Position numbers and translations under genes: made by a program. Under the pieces are notes generated by a model. The model searched no databases. It worked only from the letters and a program-made list of their open reading frames with translations, and was not told the DNA's origin. From the NCBI GenBank assembly GCA_013265495.1, contig MU058065.1, forward strand, positions 7,502,302 to 7,566,301: a stretch of 64,000 bases of DNA, in the 5' to 3' direction. This document shows, in pieces, positions 51,601-63,680 of the stretch (its first letter is position 1; each line of letters starts with the position of its first letter). This stretch comes from Vicugna vicugna. Lineage: Eukaryota.

Positions 51601-52889
51601 TGTCAGCTCACAGTGCGACCCTAGACCCCTCATGTCCTAGCTCTGGTCTCGCTTTCCTTCTTTACAGCACGGAGGGGTGAATGAAATGTTCTCTCTGCAT
51701 CTCTTCCCCCATCACCTTGCCACAGCTCTTCCAGCTCTTCTCTTTTCCAGTGCCAAGGGAGATTGAACAAAACCCACTTCTCAATTCCCAGGAAAGCTAG
51801 TGAGATTCCACACTCAACATTGAATGTATAAACATTTGTTGGCAAGCCCAGGCTGCCACAAAATCAGAACTTTTCCTATAAGTTGTCACCCCAACCCACC
51901 CATCCATTACCCACTGCTCCCACCCTTTGGTAGAGACCAAAGCTGTATTATGTTACACATAAAAACATCTATTTCTTTCTTTTGTAACTCTCAGCAGGCT
52001 ATAGGCATATCCGTGATCTCTGAAATGCTTTCCCAGGACACTCCTTTTCCATATATTTTCACCCGCAGCACCCCACTTTCCCTGAAGCCCACAGACAGGC
52101 TTGGGCAAGACAACACCAAGTCATATTTATAAAAATAATATTCATTTCCCCCCTCACATTCAAAGTGAAAGAGGAAGGAACTAACTTCATTTGAGCATGG
52201 AAAATAAAATTGAACACAACATATGCCAGTTCCAAAGCCCCAAACCAGTCTCTCACATTCTGTTGCGGTTGCATAGAGTTGAAGGAAAAGGGGAAAAAAA
52301 AATGCTATTTTAAGTTTCTGTAAAGCATTGAGGAAAAGTGCAGAAATACATCCAGACCCCCAGGTCTGTGCAGAAGATATCCAATTCCTTAATTCAGTGG
52401 AATAGCAGGCTAATATTAGAATTTCCGCCTTAATAAGCAGCTTTTTTAAAGAGGAAAAAAAAAGCTACCTTATTATAGGGAGGCACTCTCGTGTTGTTGG
52501 TGGGAAACTCCCAGGAAGAATATGGGAAGGAATCTGCAGCCAATATACACAGTCTTAAATGTTACTTTCAATTCAGTTTTAAAAGGGGGATTTAGCAACA
52601 GTGATTAAAGTCTCTTGTCCCTGAATCTGCAAACATAAAAATATGCTGCTGAGGAATTTAGACATTTATCATGGGCTTTAGATAGCTGCTAACCTTTCAG
52701 CTGCCTTGAGATGTTTAAAAGATATACATGTCTGCTTTTCTTTCTGAAAATATGCAGCATTGGGTTTATCTAGTGGAGGATGAACATATTCTTATAGCAG
52801 AAATTTCCTCTGAGAAAGATTGGAAGAACTATTGAGGGAGATGGAAAGAACTGAGGCAAAATAGAATTCTTAGGACTCCTTGTTTTTTG

Positions 52890-53370
52890 CTTTTTGACTC
52901 AATTAGGATTATAAGTAGAAAACTTGACTCTAAATGGCATAACAATGATAAGAAAAATGATAATTTATCAAATTTCCTTCTCAGGTTCAGATTAGGGTGG
53001 TTTCAAGATTGCTTCATTTAGTGGCTCAAAGATATCATCATAAATTCAGATTTGTTTTTGTTTTTTTTTCTCTCTCTCTTTCTGCTTTGCCATCCTCAAT
53101 TTATCATCTCTTTCCCCGGGCTCATCTCCTTCATGATCACAAGATGGCTGCAGAATTTCCAGACATCACCTGCATATGTTACAATTTCAAGAAGAAGAAG
53201 CAGCTTTCTCTTTCTGCACTTCTATTTTTGAAAGTAAGGACATAATTTTCAGAAGTCTCTATATACTTCCTCTAAGATTTGTAGGCCAGAGTTTCATCAT
53301 ATTTCTATTACATGGCCATGGTCGTGAAACCACCATGACAGACTTAGACCAATCAGGACCCTCCTGATAC
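52890..53370 (-). mobile_element. Old MaLR LTR (MLT1J/K-like)
   Basis: 'catgatcacaagatggctgcag...ccagacatcac...ccatgacagacttagaccaatcagga'. Confidence 0.75.
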
Positions 53371-53787
53371 ATGACTTAGCAGTAGGGTGCTCAGTTTATG
53401 CTGTGTTTTGTTTTAGAATGAGTGAGTGAGTCAATATAACTGCTTTTATCTCCCTCTAAAGTCAGTTGTGATAGACGTGGTCCACAGCACAGACTCAAGG
53501 AAACATTGGGTAAGTAGAAATATTTCCCTTAGGATGATCTCAATCTTTTTTCCTCAGTTTCTTTCTTTGGCCAAAATTACTAGCCCCTACCTCCATCTTC
53601 CATCTCTTTGCAATGCATCCCCTCTTCCCCACTGAACTTGAAAGTATCTAAAGATGAACAAATTCACAGTGACACAGCAAAGTGACACAGGCAAAAACAA
53701 AATGAAACAAAACAAAAAACAAAAACAACCTCAAGGGTGCCTTCTGCTTCCAGCCATGACAGAATAAGTCACATTAGACTTACCCTC

Positions 53788-54186
53788 TGTTGTGACTTTA
53801 ATTGTATCTTCTAAAAAGATGTTGCTTCCAATAACTGTGAATATACCTTATTTGGAAATAAGGTCCTTGTAGGTAGTCGAGTTAAGATGAAGTCATTGGG
53901 GTAGACCCTGATCCAATATGACTGTCAAAAAAAGAGGGGTGGAATTTGGACACAGAGGCACTCGTAGAAGGAAATACATGAGATGGCATAAGAAAAATTC
54001 TACCTATGAGTCAAGGAATGCCTGAGGCTACCAGAAGCTAGAAGAGAGGCATGAAATGGAGTCTCTCTCAAAGCCTCCAGAAGAAACCAACCTTGGACTT
54101 CTAGTCTCCAGAACTGAGACAATTTCTGTTGGTTAAGCCACCTAGTTTGTAGTAATTTGTTATGGCAGTTGTAGCAAGCTAATACA
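53788..54186 (+). mobile_element. MaLR solo LTR (MLT1B/C-like) nested in the L1 5' UTR
   Basis: TG...CA ends; 'ccttatttggaaataaggtc...ggctaccagaagctag...ttaagccacctagtttgtagtaatttgttatggcag'; perfect 5-bp TSD CCCTC (53783-53787 / 54187-54191). Confidence 0.92.
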
Positions 54187-55613
54187 CCCTCCTACTGAAA
54201 ACAACTATAAAACTGGACAGCACACTCATGAGAACTGCTTTTAGATATTTGGACAACCGGCAGTGCAGGATTGTGATCCTTGAGAAAGGGAAAACACATG
54301 AGATAAATAAAGTTATAAGAATCCACTGCCAGGAGATCTGCAATACAAGAAATATTAAAGGAGGTTCTTCTGGCTTAAGAAGAGTGACCCATTAGATAGC
54401 AGCTGAGTCTACAGGAGGGATGAGGAGAACCTGAAATATCAGATATGATGGTAAATGTAAAGACCACCTATTTGCTTCTCTTCACTTCTCTGAAAGATTA
54501 CAGACTGTTTAAATAAAAATAATAACGTTAAACTGTATGGTTCATTATATACATAGATATAAAATATATGTCAAATGTAGCAGAAGGAATGGGTATAGGA
54601 TACATGGGAATTTTAGAATGGTAGGAATTGAACGTTTTGTAAAGTGGTGCAAGATCAACTCTAGGTATCCTGTGATAAGTTAACATTTTATTTTGTAATT
54701 CTTGGAGAAGCCACTTAAAACATTCAAAGAAGTACAGCTAAAAAGCCAATAGAGGAAAAAAATGAATATTTTTAAATATTTAATTAATTCAAAAGAAGGA
54801 AGGGAAAAAGAAATGAAGAACAGAAAACATGATGGGAGAAACAGTAATCAAATAGCAAGATGGTAGAATTAACCCCAAATATATTGCAAGATTCTCAGAC
54901 AATAAAAAAGCAAGATACACTTTAAACGTAAAGACACAGATAGGTTGAAAAAAAAATGATGGAGAAAAGATTTATCATACAAAGAATCAACACAAAGAGA
55001 AAATTCCACAGACATTAAAAGGATAATAAGGGAATATTATGCAAAGCGAAGCATTGGGCCAATAAATTCAACAACCTAGGGGAAAAAAGGATAAATTCAT
55101 TGAAAAATAGTAAATTACCAAAACTAATAAAATGAGTTAAAAAATCTGAATATCTACTGAAAAAATTAATTCATTATCAAAAATCTTCCTGAAAGACAAC
55201 TCCAAGCCCAGATCGGTTTGCTAATGAATTCAATCAAATACTCTGCAAGATTCTATCAGACACAACAGCAAAGAAGATAGAGGGATAGTTAATAAGCCCA
55301 CAAAAATAAATAGTCTTCAGGGAAATGCAAATCAAAATTCTACAAGGTGGTATTACCCCATACACATCCGAGTGGTTAAATTTAAAAAGACCTTGGGACA
55401 TCAGATATTGACAAGTATGTGATGCCACTGGAACTTTCATACATGGTTTACACACTATCCCTTTGGAAACTTTCTTGCACTTCTTATAAAGTTAAAAATA
55501 AACTTATTCTATGACCCATCAATTTCATTCCCGGGTATTTACCCAAGGTAAATGAAAACATATGATCATAAAAATACTTACACAAGAATGTCTACAGGAG
55601 CTTTTAAAAAATT

Positions 55614-55904
55614 GGGTACAAACTTTTGGTTGTAAGAAGAATAAGTTCTGAGGCTCTAATATACAGCATGGTAACTATAGTTATAATATGGTGTTGTACA
55701 CTTGAAATTTGCTGAGAGTAGGTCACATATGTTTTCAGGATACACATAAAAAAAGAGTTAACTATGTGAGGTGATGGGTGTTAATGGACTAGATCTTGGC
55801 AATTAGTTCACAATGTAAATGTACATCAAATCATCAAGTTGTACAATTTAAATACTAATAATTTTATTTGTCAATTACTCTTCCTTAAAGGTGGAAAAAT
55901 AAAT
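55614..55904 (+). mobile_element. L1MA9/10-like 3' tail inserted in the older L1
   Basis: 'gggtacaaactt...aataagttctgagg...aactatgtgaggtgatgg...catcaaatcatcaagttgtaca'; flanked by the AAAAATT repeat. Confidence 0.8.
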
Positions 55905-56170
55905 AAAAATTAACAGTTCCAAATTAAACAAACGAATGCCCGTCAACAAGAAATTAGATAAAATACAGCTTATTTGTGCATTGGAATTGTACTAAGCAAG
56001 AGAAAAAGAAAAAATTAAATCACAATACTGATAAATCTCACAGACATCATGTTGATGAAAAGAAGATAAAAAATGTAATTCCATTTGCTTGAAGTTCATG
56101 AGTGAGTAAAAGTAAACCTATGGTGAATTGCCTCTCTGGGCATGGGGGACTGGCTAGGAAAGGGCATGAG

Positions 56171-56322
56171 CAACAGTGTGCTGGTAAACTGACTCTTGGG
56201 GGGCAGAAATCTCTTCTTTGTAGTGTTTGCTGATTTTGCACCATGGCCATCTTTAAGCTAACAGCAGGCTATGGAGATGAGATGTGTATAATTGAGTAGG
56301 AGCTAGCTCCAGTACACCACTG
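56171..56322 (-). mobile_element. MER63-like MITE nested in the L1 3' UTR
   Basis: 'gtgtgctggtaaa...ttgtagtgtttgctgattt...caccatggcc...gctccagtacaccactg'. Confidence 0.8.
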
Positions 56323-58208
56323 GCCTAAGGGACTTTTCTGCAGTGATGGAAGTTCTCTGTTCTTTGGGAGCACATTGCCAAAAGTCAATGCACTGTGTAA
56401 TAAAGATCTCCATATTTCACTGTATGTAAATTTTGTCTCAGTACAAAGAAATGGGTACCAATGTTCAGCTATAAGATGGGTCTGAAGATCTATGTAAAAC
56501 ATGATGACTATGTTTGATAACACTGTATTATATACAGATATATAAAAAGGAAAGACTCAAGGGGTTATCCTGGGATACAAGTATTTGAGAGACTGAAAAG
56601 CCCTCAAATCAAACCTACCTGTAAATGGAAGGCATGAGAGAGATGACCCAGGAAGATACATTATGGTTGCAGTTGCTCAGCATGGGTGGCGCCCTCCACC
56701 TGGTGTCTGCCCCGTTTGTGTCTCTGTCACTCTCCCTGTATTTGGCCTGATTGTGTACATACACCAGCTTATCCCAAGAACTAAGTTGGCCCCATTCCCC
56801 ACGCAGGTTAAAGAGTTTGAGTTGAAACCTGCTCTTCTACAGCCATGCCAATCACTGGGGCCATTATCCTGGAGCCCATTCCTCCTTCCAGCATCATTCT
56901 CACTGCATGTTCTTTGTGTTCTCTGTATTTTCATCTCCAGGAATTTTTGTCTTAATCTCTGACTTCAGGAGCAAGTTCATTGTTTCACTGAATTAATTCA
57001 TTCATTCTTAAAACTTTTCCTAAATGTCAACTTTGTTTTTGGACTGCTGTAGGAGGCCATATGTAGCTGGTTAATACAAACTCTTTGAAGATGGTGTTAA
57101 TGACTCCAAGAAACCAAGAGCTCAGCAACAAATAATGAAATACTCACCCTTCAGCAGATGACTCTGGAACAGAGCTGAAATCCTGCTTCCCTACTGTGAG
57201 GATCTGAGCCCTCCCAAACAAATCTCCCATTTAGACCCCACCCGTCCTCGAATAGATAACAGGCCTCCCTTATTAAGGGCTTTGTTGCTGAGTATTTTGG
57301 TTTTTAATTTTATTTTGGGTCAGAGGCCTCAAAGCCTCACCATTTTTTTCTCTGCAAAACCCCCATTATCTCTCCATGTATATCTGTCATTAATATGGGT
57401 CTATAAATACACATGCCTTGTTTATAGACATACAATATGTGCACCCGATTGCTATCTGTGTGTGTGCACCAGGCTTATATTTGGAAGAAACCTTTTTAGA
57501 GCCAAATTTGACAGTGCAGAGGCAGCTGGTGGGTTAGAGGTCCCTGGGGTAGAGTCACTGGTTATCAGTATAGAAAACTTGGGTGAGGCGTGGATAGTCC
57601 AAATGCCAAGTGCCAAGTCTTCACTGGAAGCAGGAAAACTGAGGGTGTAAGAAAGAAAACAGAGAAAGAGAGGCAGGCACACACCCATTCAGCCCCTCTT
57701 TTGTTTAGCTTTTTCTACCAGTAGGGACATGCTAAAAAAATAAAAGTCTTAGTGGAGGGACCTCACAGCCCAGCTCTGCCAGACAATCGTCTCCTGGCGC
57801 CTTCAAACATTGCTGTGTGAGTGAGAGAGCCACTTGCTCTTAAGCAAAGCCTGAGGACTGGGAGGTGGGGCGGGGGGAGAATAATTAAAATAAATTAGAG
57901 GGTAAATGGGGGATGGGAGATCATGCCTAGTCCTGCTGCTCAGCCTGAGGCTCCAAGGCTTGAAAGGGACAGGGCTGGGCAGGATTATTCCCAGGAGATG
58001 GGCTTCCCCAAACCCGGTCCTCCATGAACAGCAATGCACTGTCCTCCCAGAGCACTGCTAGTATCTGTAAGGCCTGTGGCCCCAGGATCTCATAGCTTTG
58101 CAGGTAAGAAGCTACAACTGCCAGCTTGTACACATTTTAAACAGTTCCACATATTTTTCTCAGTCTTTCATATTTGACAAGGGTTTTTATTTATTTATAT
58201 TAAATAGA

Positions 58209-58615
58209 TTTGTAGTTCTCAACTGAGGGTGACTTTGCCTCCCAAGGGATATTTGGAAATGTCTGGAGATGTTTTTGCTTGTTGCAACAGGGAAGGGAGC
58301 GGGGGTGGGAGGGTGGGTGTGTGCTGCTGGCATCTACTTTAGAGTTGACAGATGAAATGCAGGACACCTAGTTACATTTGAATTTCAGATAAAGAAAGAA
58401 TTTTTAAAAAATTTTTTAGTATTAGAATGTCCCAAATATTTTACAGGGTAGGCTTATTCTTAAAACAATAATTATTCATCTGAAATTCAGTTTTAACTGC
58501 ATTTCCTGTGTTTTTATTCACTGGATGCTGCTAAACATCTTAAATGCACAGAATAGTGTCTCCTCTCTCCAAAGAATTAGCCCAAATATCAACAGTGCTG
58601 AGGCTGAGAAACCTG
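58209..58615 (+). mobile_element. MER20 hAT-Charlie MITE split by MER53
   Basis: 'gttctcaactgagggtgactttgcctcccaagggatatttggaaatgtctggaga...ctggcatcta' then 'ggatgctgctaaacatc...gtgctgaggctgagaaacctg'. Confidence 0.9.
58340..58523. mobile_element. MER53 nested in MER20
   Basis: 'tagagttgacagatgaaatgcaggacacctagttacatttgaatttcagataaa...atctgaaattcagttttaactg'. Confidence 0.85.
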
Positions 58616-58816
58616 ACAGTAGATGATAGCAGTTACAAGTACAGTGCAGATGCTGGAGAGTAGGTGATTTTTAATTCTGAACATGTTGAATGAAATACAC
58701 ATGCTTCAGATACATTTAAGTACATAAACTTTTTCAACTCTAACTTGTGATCTTTCGGGAAGGGTGTCGTGGGGCTGGTCTCCCTCATCTCTCTGCAGCA
58801 TGGCCTGGGAGGTATT

Positions 58817-59304
58817 TGTAGCAGGCTGAATAAAGTTCCCTAAAGACATCAGGTCCTAATCCCTGGAACCTATAAATGTTACCTTATTTGGAAAACAGGT
58901 CTTTGCAGACCTGATTGAATTAAGGATCTTGAGAAGGGGAGATTATTTTGGATTCTCTAGTGGCCCTAAATCACAAGTGTCCTTATAAGGGAGAGGCAGA
59001 GGGAGAACTGACACCCACAGAGGAGAAGGCATGTGGTAGAATCAGAGAAAGTTATGGAGTTCTTGGCCTTCATGTGGGAATGATGCAGTCACAAGTCAGA
59101 GGCCACCAGAAACTGGAAAAGGCAAGGAACAGGCTTTCCCGTAGAAACTCTGGAGGGAGTACAGCCTTGCTGACACCTTGATTGCAGCTCAGTGAAACTT
59201 ATTTCAAGCTTTTGGCCTCTAAAACCATGAGAGAGTACATTTCTGTTGTTTTAAGCCACCAAATTTGTGAAAATTTGTTACAGCTGCCACAGGAAACTCA
59301 TACA
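58817..59304 (+). mobile_element. MaLR solo LTR (MLT1D-like)
   Basis: TG...CA ends; 'gtcctaatccctggaacctataaatgttaccttatttgg...ttaaggatcttgaga...ttttaagccaccaaatttgtg...ggaaactcataca'; TSD gtatt / gtgtt. Confidence 0.92.
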
Positions 59305-60509
59305 GTGTTGCTCTGAATCCCCTGTTTCCAGGACAGCATGTACCAGGGACCAAACAAACACGGCCTCCTGGATGCAGGATGGGGAACCAGAGGAAACAGG
59401 GGCTTTGTTGATGCTCACCTTTGTGTCCTAACACAGGTTATTTTTATTCATGGGTTGTGAGTTCCAGAATGGTCTGTAGCTGGAAAATGGGTTACTCCTC
59501 AGATCACCCTGGGATTTTAGTAGAAAACACATGTGTACATTTAGTACTGTAAAGCCCACGTCTAGAACTTTGGAAGAGAGTTGCTTAAGTGGAGGGTTGG
59601 TTATGCCTGCTTCCCAGCTGTTGTGAGTCAACTCAGCTATGGCCTTGAGCAGGCTCTTGAGGGACAGAAGACTTTGTGCCATGTGACCCCATCTAGGGCT
59701 TAGGCCATAGGATTGGGGGAAATGAACTTCTGGTTCAGAGAGGGAAATATTTTATGTTGTGTGGTATGTGTGTATTTTCTGGAAGGTCAATCATTTGGGG
59801 TCCTTAGGAAATACCTTATGAAGTGTTTGAGTCCCAGAGGATAGCTGTACATTTCTTTGAAAGCTTCCGGATACTTGGCTGTGCTATCAGGATGGGTGGC
59901 CAAAAGCAGGAAAAATACACACTTCCAAATGAAAAATAGAAAAACATGTGAAAGTGCCAAGAGTGATAAGAAGTCCTTATCTGTGGAGTAACTAGAAAAC
60001 ATCCCGCGGTTATTAGAGGGAAACAAACAAGTAGAGATGCTGTGGTCTGTTCTGGGTCTGCACCTCTGGCTATAACCCCAACTCTTTTCCTGTCTTCTGT
60101 AGTCAAACCTGGGAGTTGGGTATTTTCAAGGCAACCCATGGAAGTGCGATGAGATTTGCCAGTTTGGTATTGGAAGACCAGCAGTTATCTCTGTGTTGCC
60201 CTCATTTCTGGAGAGAGTTGCCTAGTTACTCACTGTACTAGAATGCAATAGAGAATGGTGGGGGTGGGGTGGGGAGTAGGGTGTGCAGACTTGAAATGGC
60301 TACAGCTCAAACAGCTGTATCCTGCTGGGCCTGAATATTCCTCGAACAACACTAAGATGGCCAGAGTTCAATGAGTGGTCAGCTGTACCTCCAAGGGGCA
60401 GGATGCTCAGAGGAAAGTCTTGCTCCAGATGGCCTCTTGAAATCACTCATGCTGTTGACCAGAAAAGTTAGGCTCTTGGGGTGAAGCTCAAAGGTCTTGG
60501 GGGAGGTTT

Positions 60510-60726
60510 TCATTCCTGGATTGCAATCTAGACCCTCCATCCTACCAGCTTTGCAATTTTGGGCAAATTACGAAACTCCCTGAGCCTCAAAGTCCTTAAA
60601 TGTAAAATTGGAAGAAAAGTTCCTACTCTATAGTATTGTGACCATGATTTGAGAAAACATATATAAAGTGCTTAGCACAAGGACCTGGTATATGGTAAGA
60701 ATTTAATAAATACCAGCTGTTATTAG
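60510..60726 (+). mobile_element. MIR SINE
   Basis: 'ttgggcaaattac...ctgagcctca...tgtaaaattgg...taaagtgcttagcaca...ttaataaata...tgttatta'. Confidence 0.85.
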
Positions 60727-61379
60727 ATGCTTCATTGGGATACTGGGCAGTCATCAGGGAGGAGGAGGGTGAGAATTACTGTGCTTTACACTATACAAAG
60801 AGACTTTCCATATATGTTATACCAGTCTTAATAATAGATACTACAAGTTTTTCCAAACTGGTCTGACAATATGGAACACATTATCATGCTAAGCAGCTGT
60901 CACTGTACTGCATTTATAGGACCCCCACCTGTCACAAAGAATGCAAAACGTGCTCCACAAATACCTGGGATCATGCCCTCTGTGTGTGTATCATCATGTG
61001 GGTGTGTTGGAAATATCTGGACCCTACCATTTCATGTTAAAGTCAGCTAACCTTTTAATCCAAAACCTTTTATCTTGTATGTCTTCAGCTTGAGATAAAC
61101 AGAATGGTGGGATATACAAATGTGCCAGTGAAAATAGTTATTTTACTTCATTTTCTTTTCAGCTTTCCATTCTTCACTAGTCAAGAAAGGATACTGCCTA
61201 AAACTCCTGTGATGGCCTTTTCATTCTGACATTACAAACTAAGATGTGTTTCTGTGGTAGGTCCACTGGCCAAAGGGGATTTTTCTCATATCTCATCTCT
61301 TATCAGCAAGACTGCAATAAATTATTTCTCTTCGCTTGTGCTCCTTCCAAAGCACTCTGCCCACCTCTCTTGGTTCAGG

Positions 61380-62032
61380 GTGAAAATTATAAAACAAAAA
61401 TCTGACCTTGTTGCTCTCTCCTTTAGTGATCCCTCTGCTCCAGAGGGAGGCTTCTCAACCTTGGCATGATTGACATTTGGGGAGGATAACTCTGTTGTGG
61501 TAGCTGTCATATGCATTGCACAATGTTTAACCGTACCGTTGGCCTCTCCACAATAGATGCCAGTTGAACTTCTTCAGTTGTGACAACCAAAAATATGGAA
61601 AGACATTGTCAAACATCCCCTGACAGAGTCAGATCACCGCTGGTTAAGAACCACTGTTGTAGGGTATTTTCATCTTCGTACCTGCGTCTTACAAGGTCCT
61701 GCATGCTTCCATCTCACCTTTCTTTGTGGGCTGCTTTCTCAGCACTGCTCCTCTGTTCTGTGATGCAGCCGAGTGGAAACTATTTGAGGTCCTTGACTAC
61801 GGCTCTTTCACTTTTGCTGAAATTCTGAGTTACGGGCTCAGTGTTTTCACTGCCGTAACACTTACTATATTATAACTGCCTATATATTTTTCTGTAACAT
61901 GTTCCCTTTCCAACTCCCTCCCATAGCCTGTAAGCATGATGAGGACAGGACCCTATCTCCTATACTCACTCCTGTGTCCCAGTAGCTAGTACAATGCCTG
62001 TTATAACATAGATGCTCAATAAATATTTAATG
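61380..62032 (+). mobile_element. L2 3' region interrupted by MER20
   Basis: 'aaaacaaaaatctgacc'; tail 'tagcctgtaagcatgatgaggacagg...acaatgcctg...atagatgctcaataaatattt'. Confidence 0.75.
61446..61656 (-). mobile_element. MER20 nested in L2
   Basis: 'ttctcaaccttggcatgattgacatttgggg...tagatgccag...cagttgtgacaaccaaaaat...ggttaagaaccactg'. Confidence 0.9.
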
Positions 62033-62840
62033 TGCTCCTTGAAAAATCACTCCCTGGAAGAAAGGAATTTTTCCTTTGGAGTCCTTTAATTTGTGGAGCC
62101 CATAAGTAGGTCTTGCTGACCTGTTTGTCCATACATTAGTGGACCTTAATTATAGGATGAATGTTCTGGATTTTGAGGTTGATTCCATCAATCCCCTTGA
62201 CTGGGTGCAAGTTTATGCTTGAGCATTCTGGGCCGAGAACTGTCATTAGTTCTTAACATATGATCATCAAAACATTTTTTAAAGGAAGAAAGGGGACCTG
62301 GAGCCAGCAATTCCCAGGTCTGGCTTCTGAGCTCCTGAAAGGAGCAAAGCCAGCACAACATAGGGCAGGATAAAAATTCAGCTCAGTGCAAACACAGTTA
62401 ATGAGAGAGCCTTTGAGTAAGAAAAGTTGCTGACAAAAATCAGGACTATTTAGTCTAGAGGAGAAGATTGAGAAGCAATCTGATAGTGGTGCTTTAAACC
62501 ACCTGCAGCCTGGGGCCATTGCAAACAATTCAGATGGATGGTCTGTTTGAGGTGAGTGGACAGGCCCAAACTTGTGTCTACTGAGAGGGGATTGCTTGTT
62601 AAAGGAATTTAAGTAGGCACTCTCTAAGGTGTAATTTCAACTGAGCTTTTGGAGCAAGTCTGAGAGTTAAAAAGCAAAACAAACTTTGCTTAGGGACTGT
62701 CCCCAAATTTCCCACTAATAAGTTGTTTACCATGGATTTAAATTTGGGACTTAGATGAGAATTGTAGGCCATCTGGCTTTCTCCCTTGGCTCCAGATGAG
62801 ACAGCATTTAAACTAAGGCAGGTGTTTGTTGCTTCTTAAA

Positions 62841-62874
62841 ACATACACACACACATACACACACACACACACAC
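62841..62874. repeat. (CA)n microsatellite, interrupted
   Basis: Direct reading. Confidence 0.95.
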
Positions 62875-63024
62875 TCCTACCTTTGCACACAAGTACACAC
62901 TAACTCATGCTATTCCCTGTGATACAAAGTGCTAGATGCCCCTTTTCTTCCAAGGTCCCTGTCACAAGTTGGTTCTTCTACTGTTACTTACATATCTGGT
63001 TGCCTTTATCCTTGTTTAGATTAT

Positions 63025-63170
63025 GAATTACAGAATGCTGGAAGAGAACATAGAGGCCCTAGTTCAGTCAAGTTCTTATTATGCAGAAGATGAAGCTGAG
63101 GCACAGAGAAGATAAAGAACTTTTCCAAAGCTCAGAGAGATTTAGAAGACTAGGTCTACTGCCAGCTCTT
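63025..63170 (-). mobile_element. MIR3-like fragment
   Basis: 'acagaatgctggaagag...tgaagctgaggcacagagaag'. Confidence 0.6.
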
Positions 63171-63477
63171 TGGTCAACTCTCAACAACATCCTTTACTTA
63201 CGAATAATACAGAGGCAGCATAGAGAACCAGAAGGTCCTAGAAAGTCAGATCAGAAAACAACTGGTGGAATGTTTAGGGTTCCTCAGGTGTAAGCAGCCT
63301 TTCTTGGCCAAGGTTTTATGCAAAAACAAAGCCCTATAGAAAGTGATTTGAGTTAACTATTTTCTCAGTTCTCCCAAGTGTGGTACATATCTGGTACCAG
63401 TCTAGATGCATAGAAGAAAAGTTAATCAATTGCATAACAATGACTCTCTTAGGGTGTTGGGGATTCATACTCTAGTG

Positions 63478-63680
63478 CAGTGTGTGGCAAACTTTTTGTA
63501 AATATTTTTGACCTTGTGGACCACATGGTTTCTGTAGCAACTATCAGTTTGTAGCATGAAAGCAGCAAAAGACATTATATAAATTAATAAATGTGGCTGT
63601 GTATCAACCAGACTTTACATACTGAAATAGGCAGTAGCTGGGTTTGGTCTGCAGGCTGAGTAGGAGTTTGCCTGTTCATG
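63478..63680 (+). mobile_element. MER58A hAT-Charlie MITE
   Basis: 'ggcaaactttttgtaaatattt...ttgtagcatgaaagcagc...tgtggctgtgt...agtttgcc'; TSD ctctagtg / cttcagtg (6/8). Confidence 0.85.

Larger units (their letters stand above)
53734..56450 (+). mobile_element. Old L1 (L1MB/MC/MD-type) spanning 5' UTR to 3' UTR with large internal deletions and nested insertions
   Basis: 5' end 'cttctgcttccagccatgac...aaaacaactataaaactggaca'; ORF2 pieces 'acagacattaaaaggataataagggaatattatg' and 'ctatgacccatcaatttcattcccgggtatttaccc'; tail 'ttcactgtatgtaaatttt'. Confidence 0.75.
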
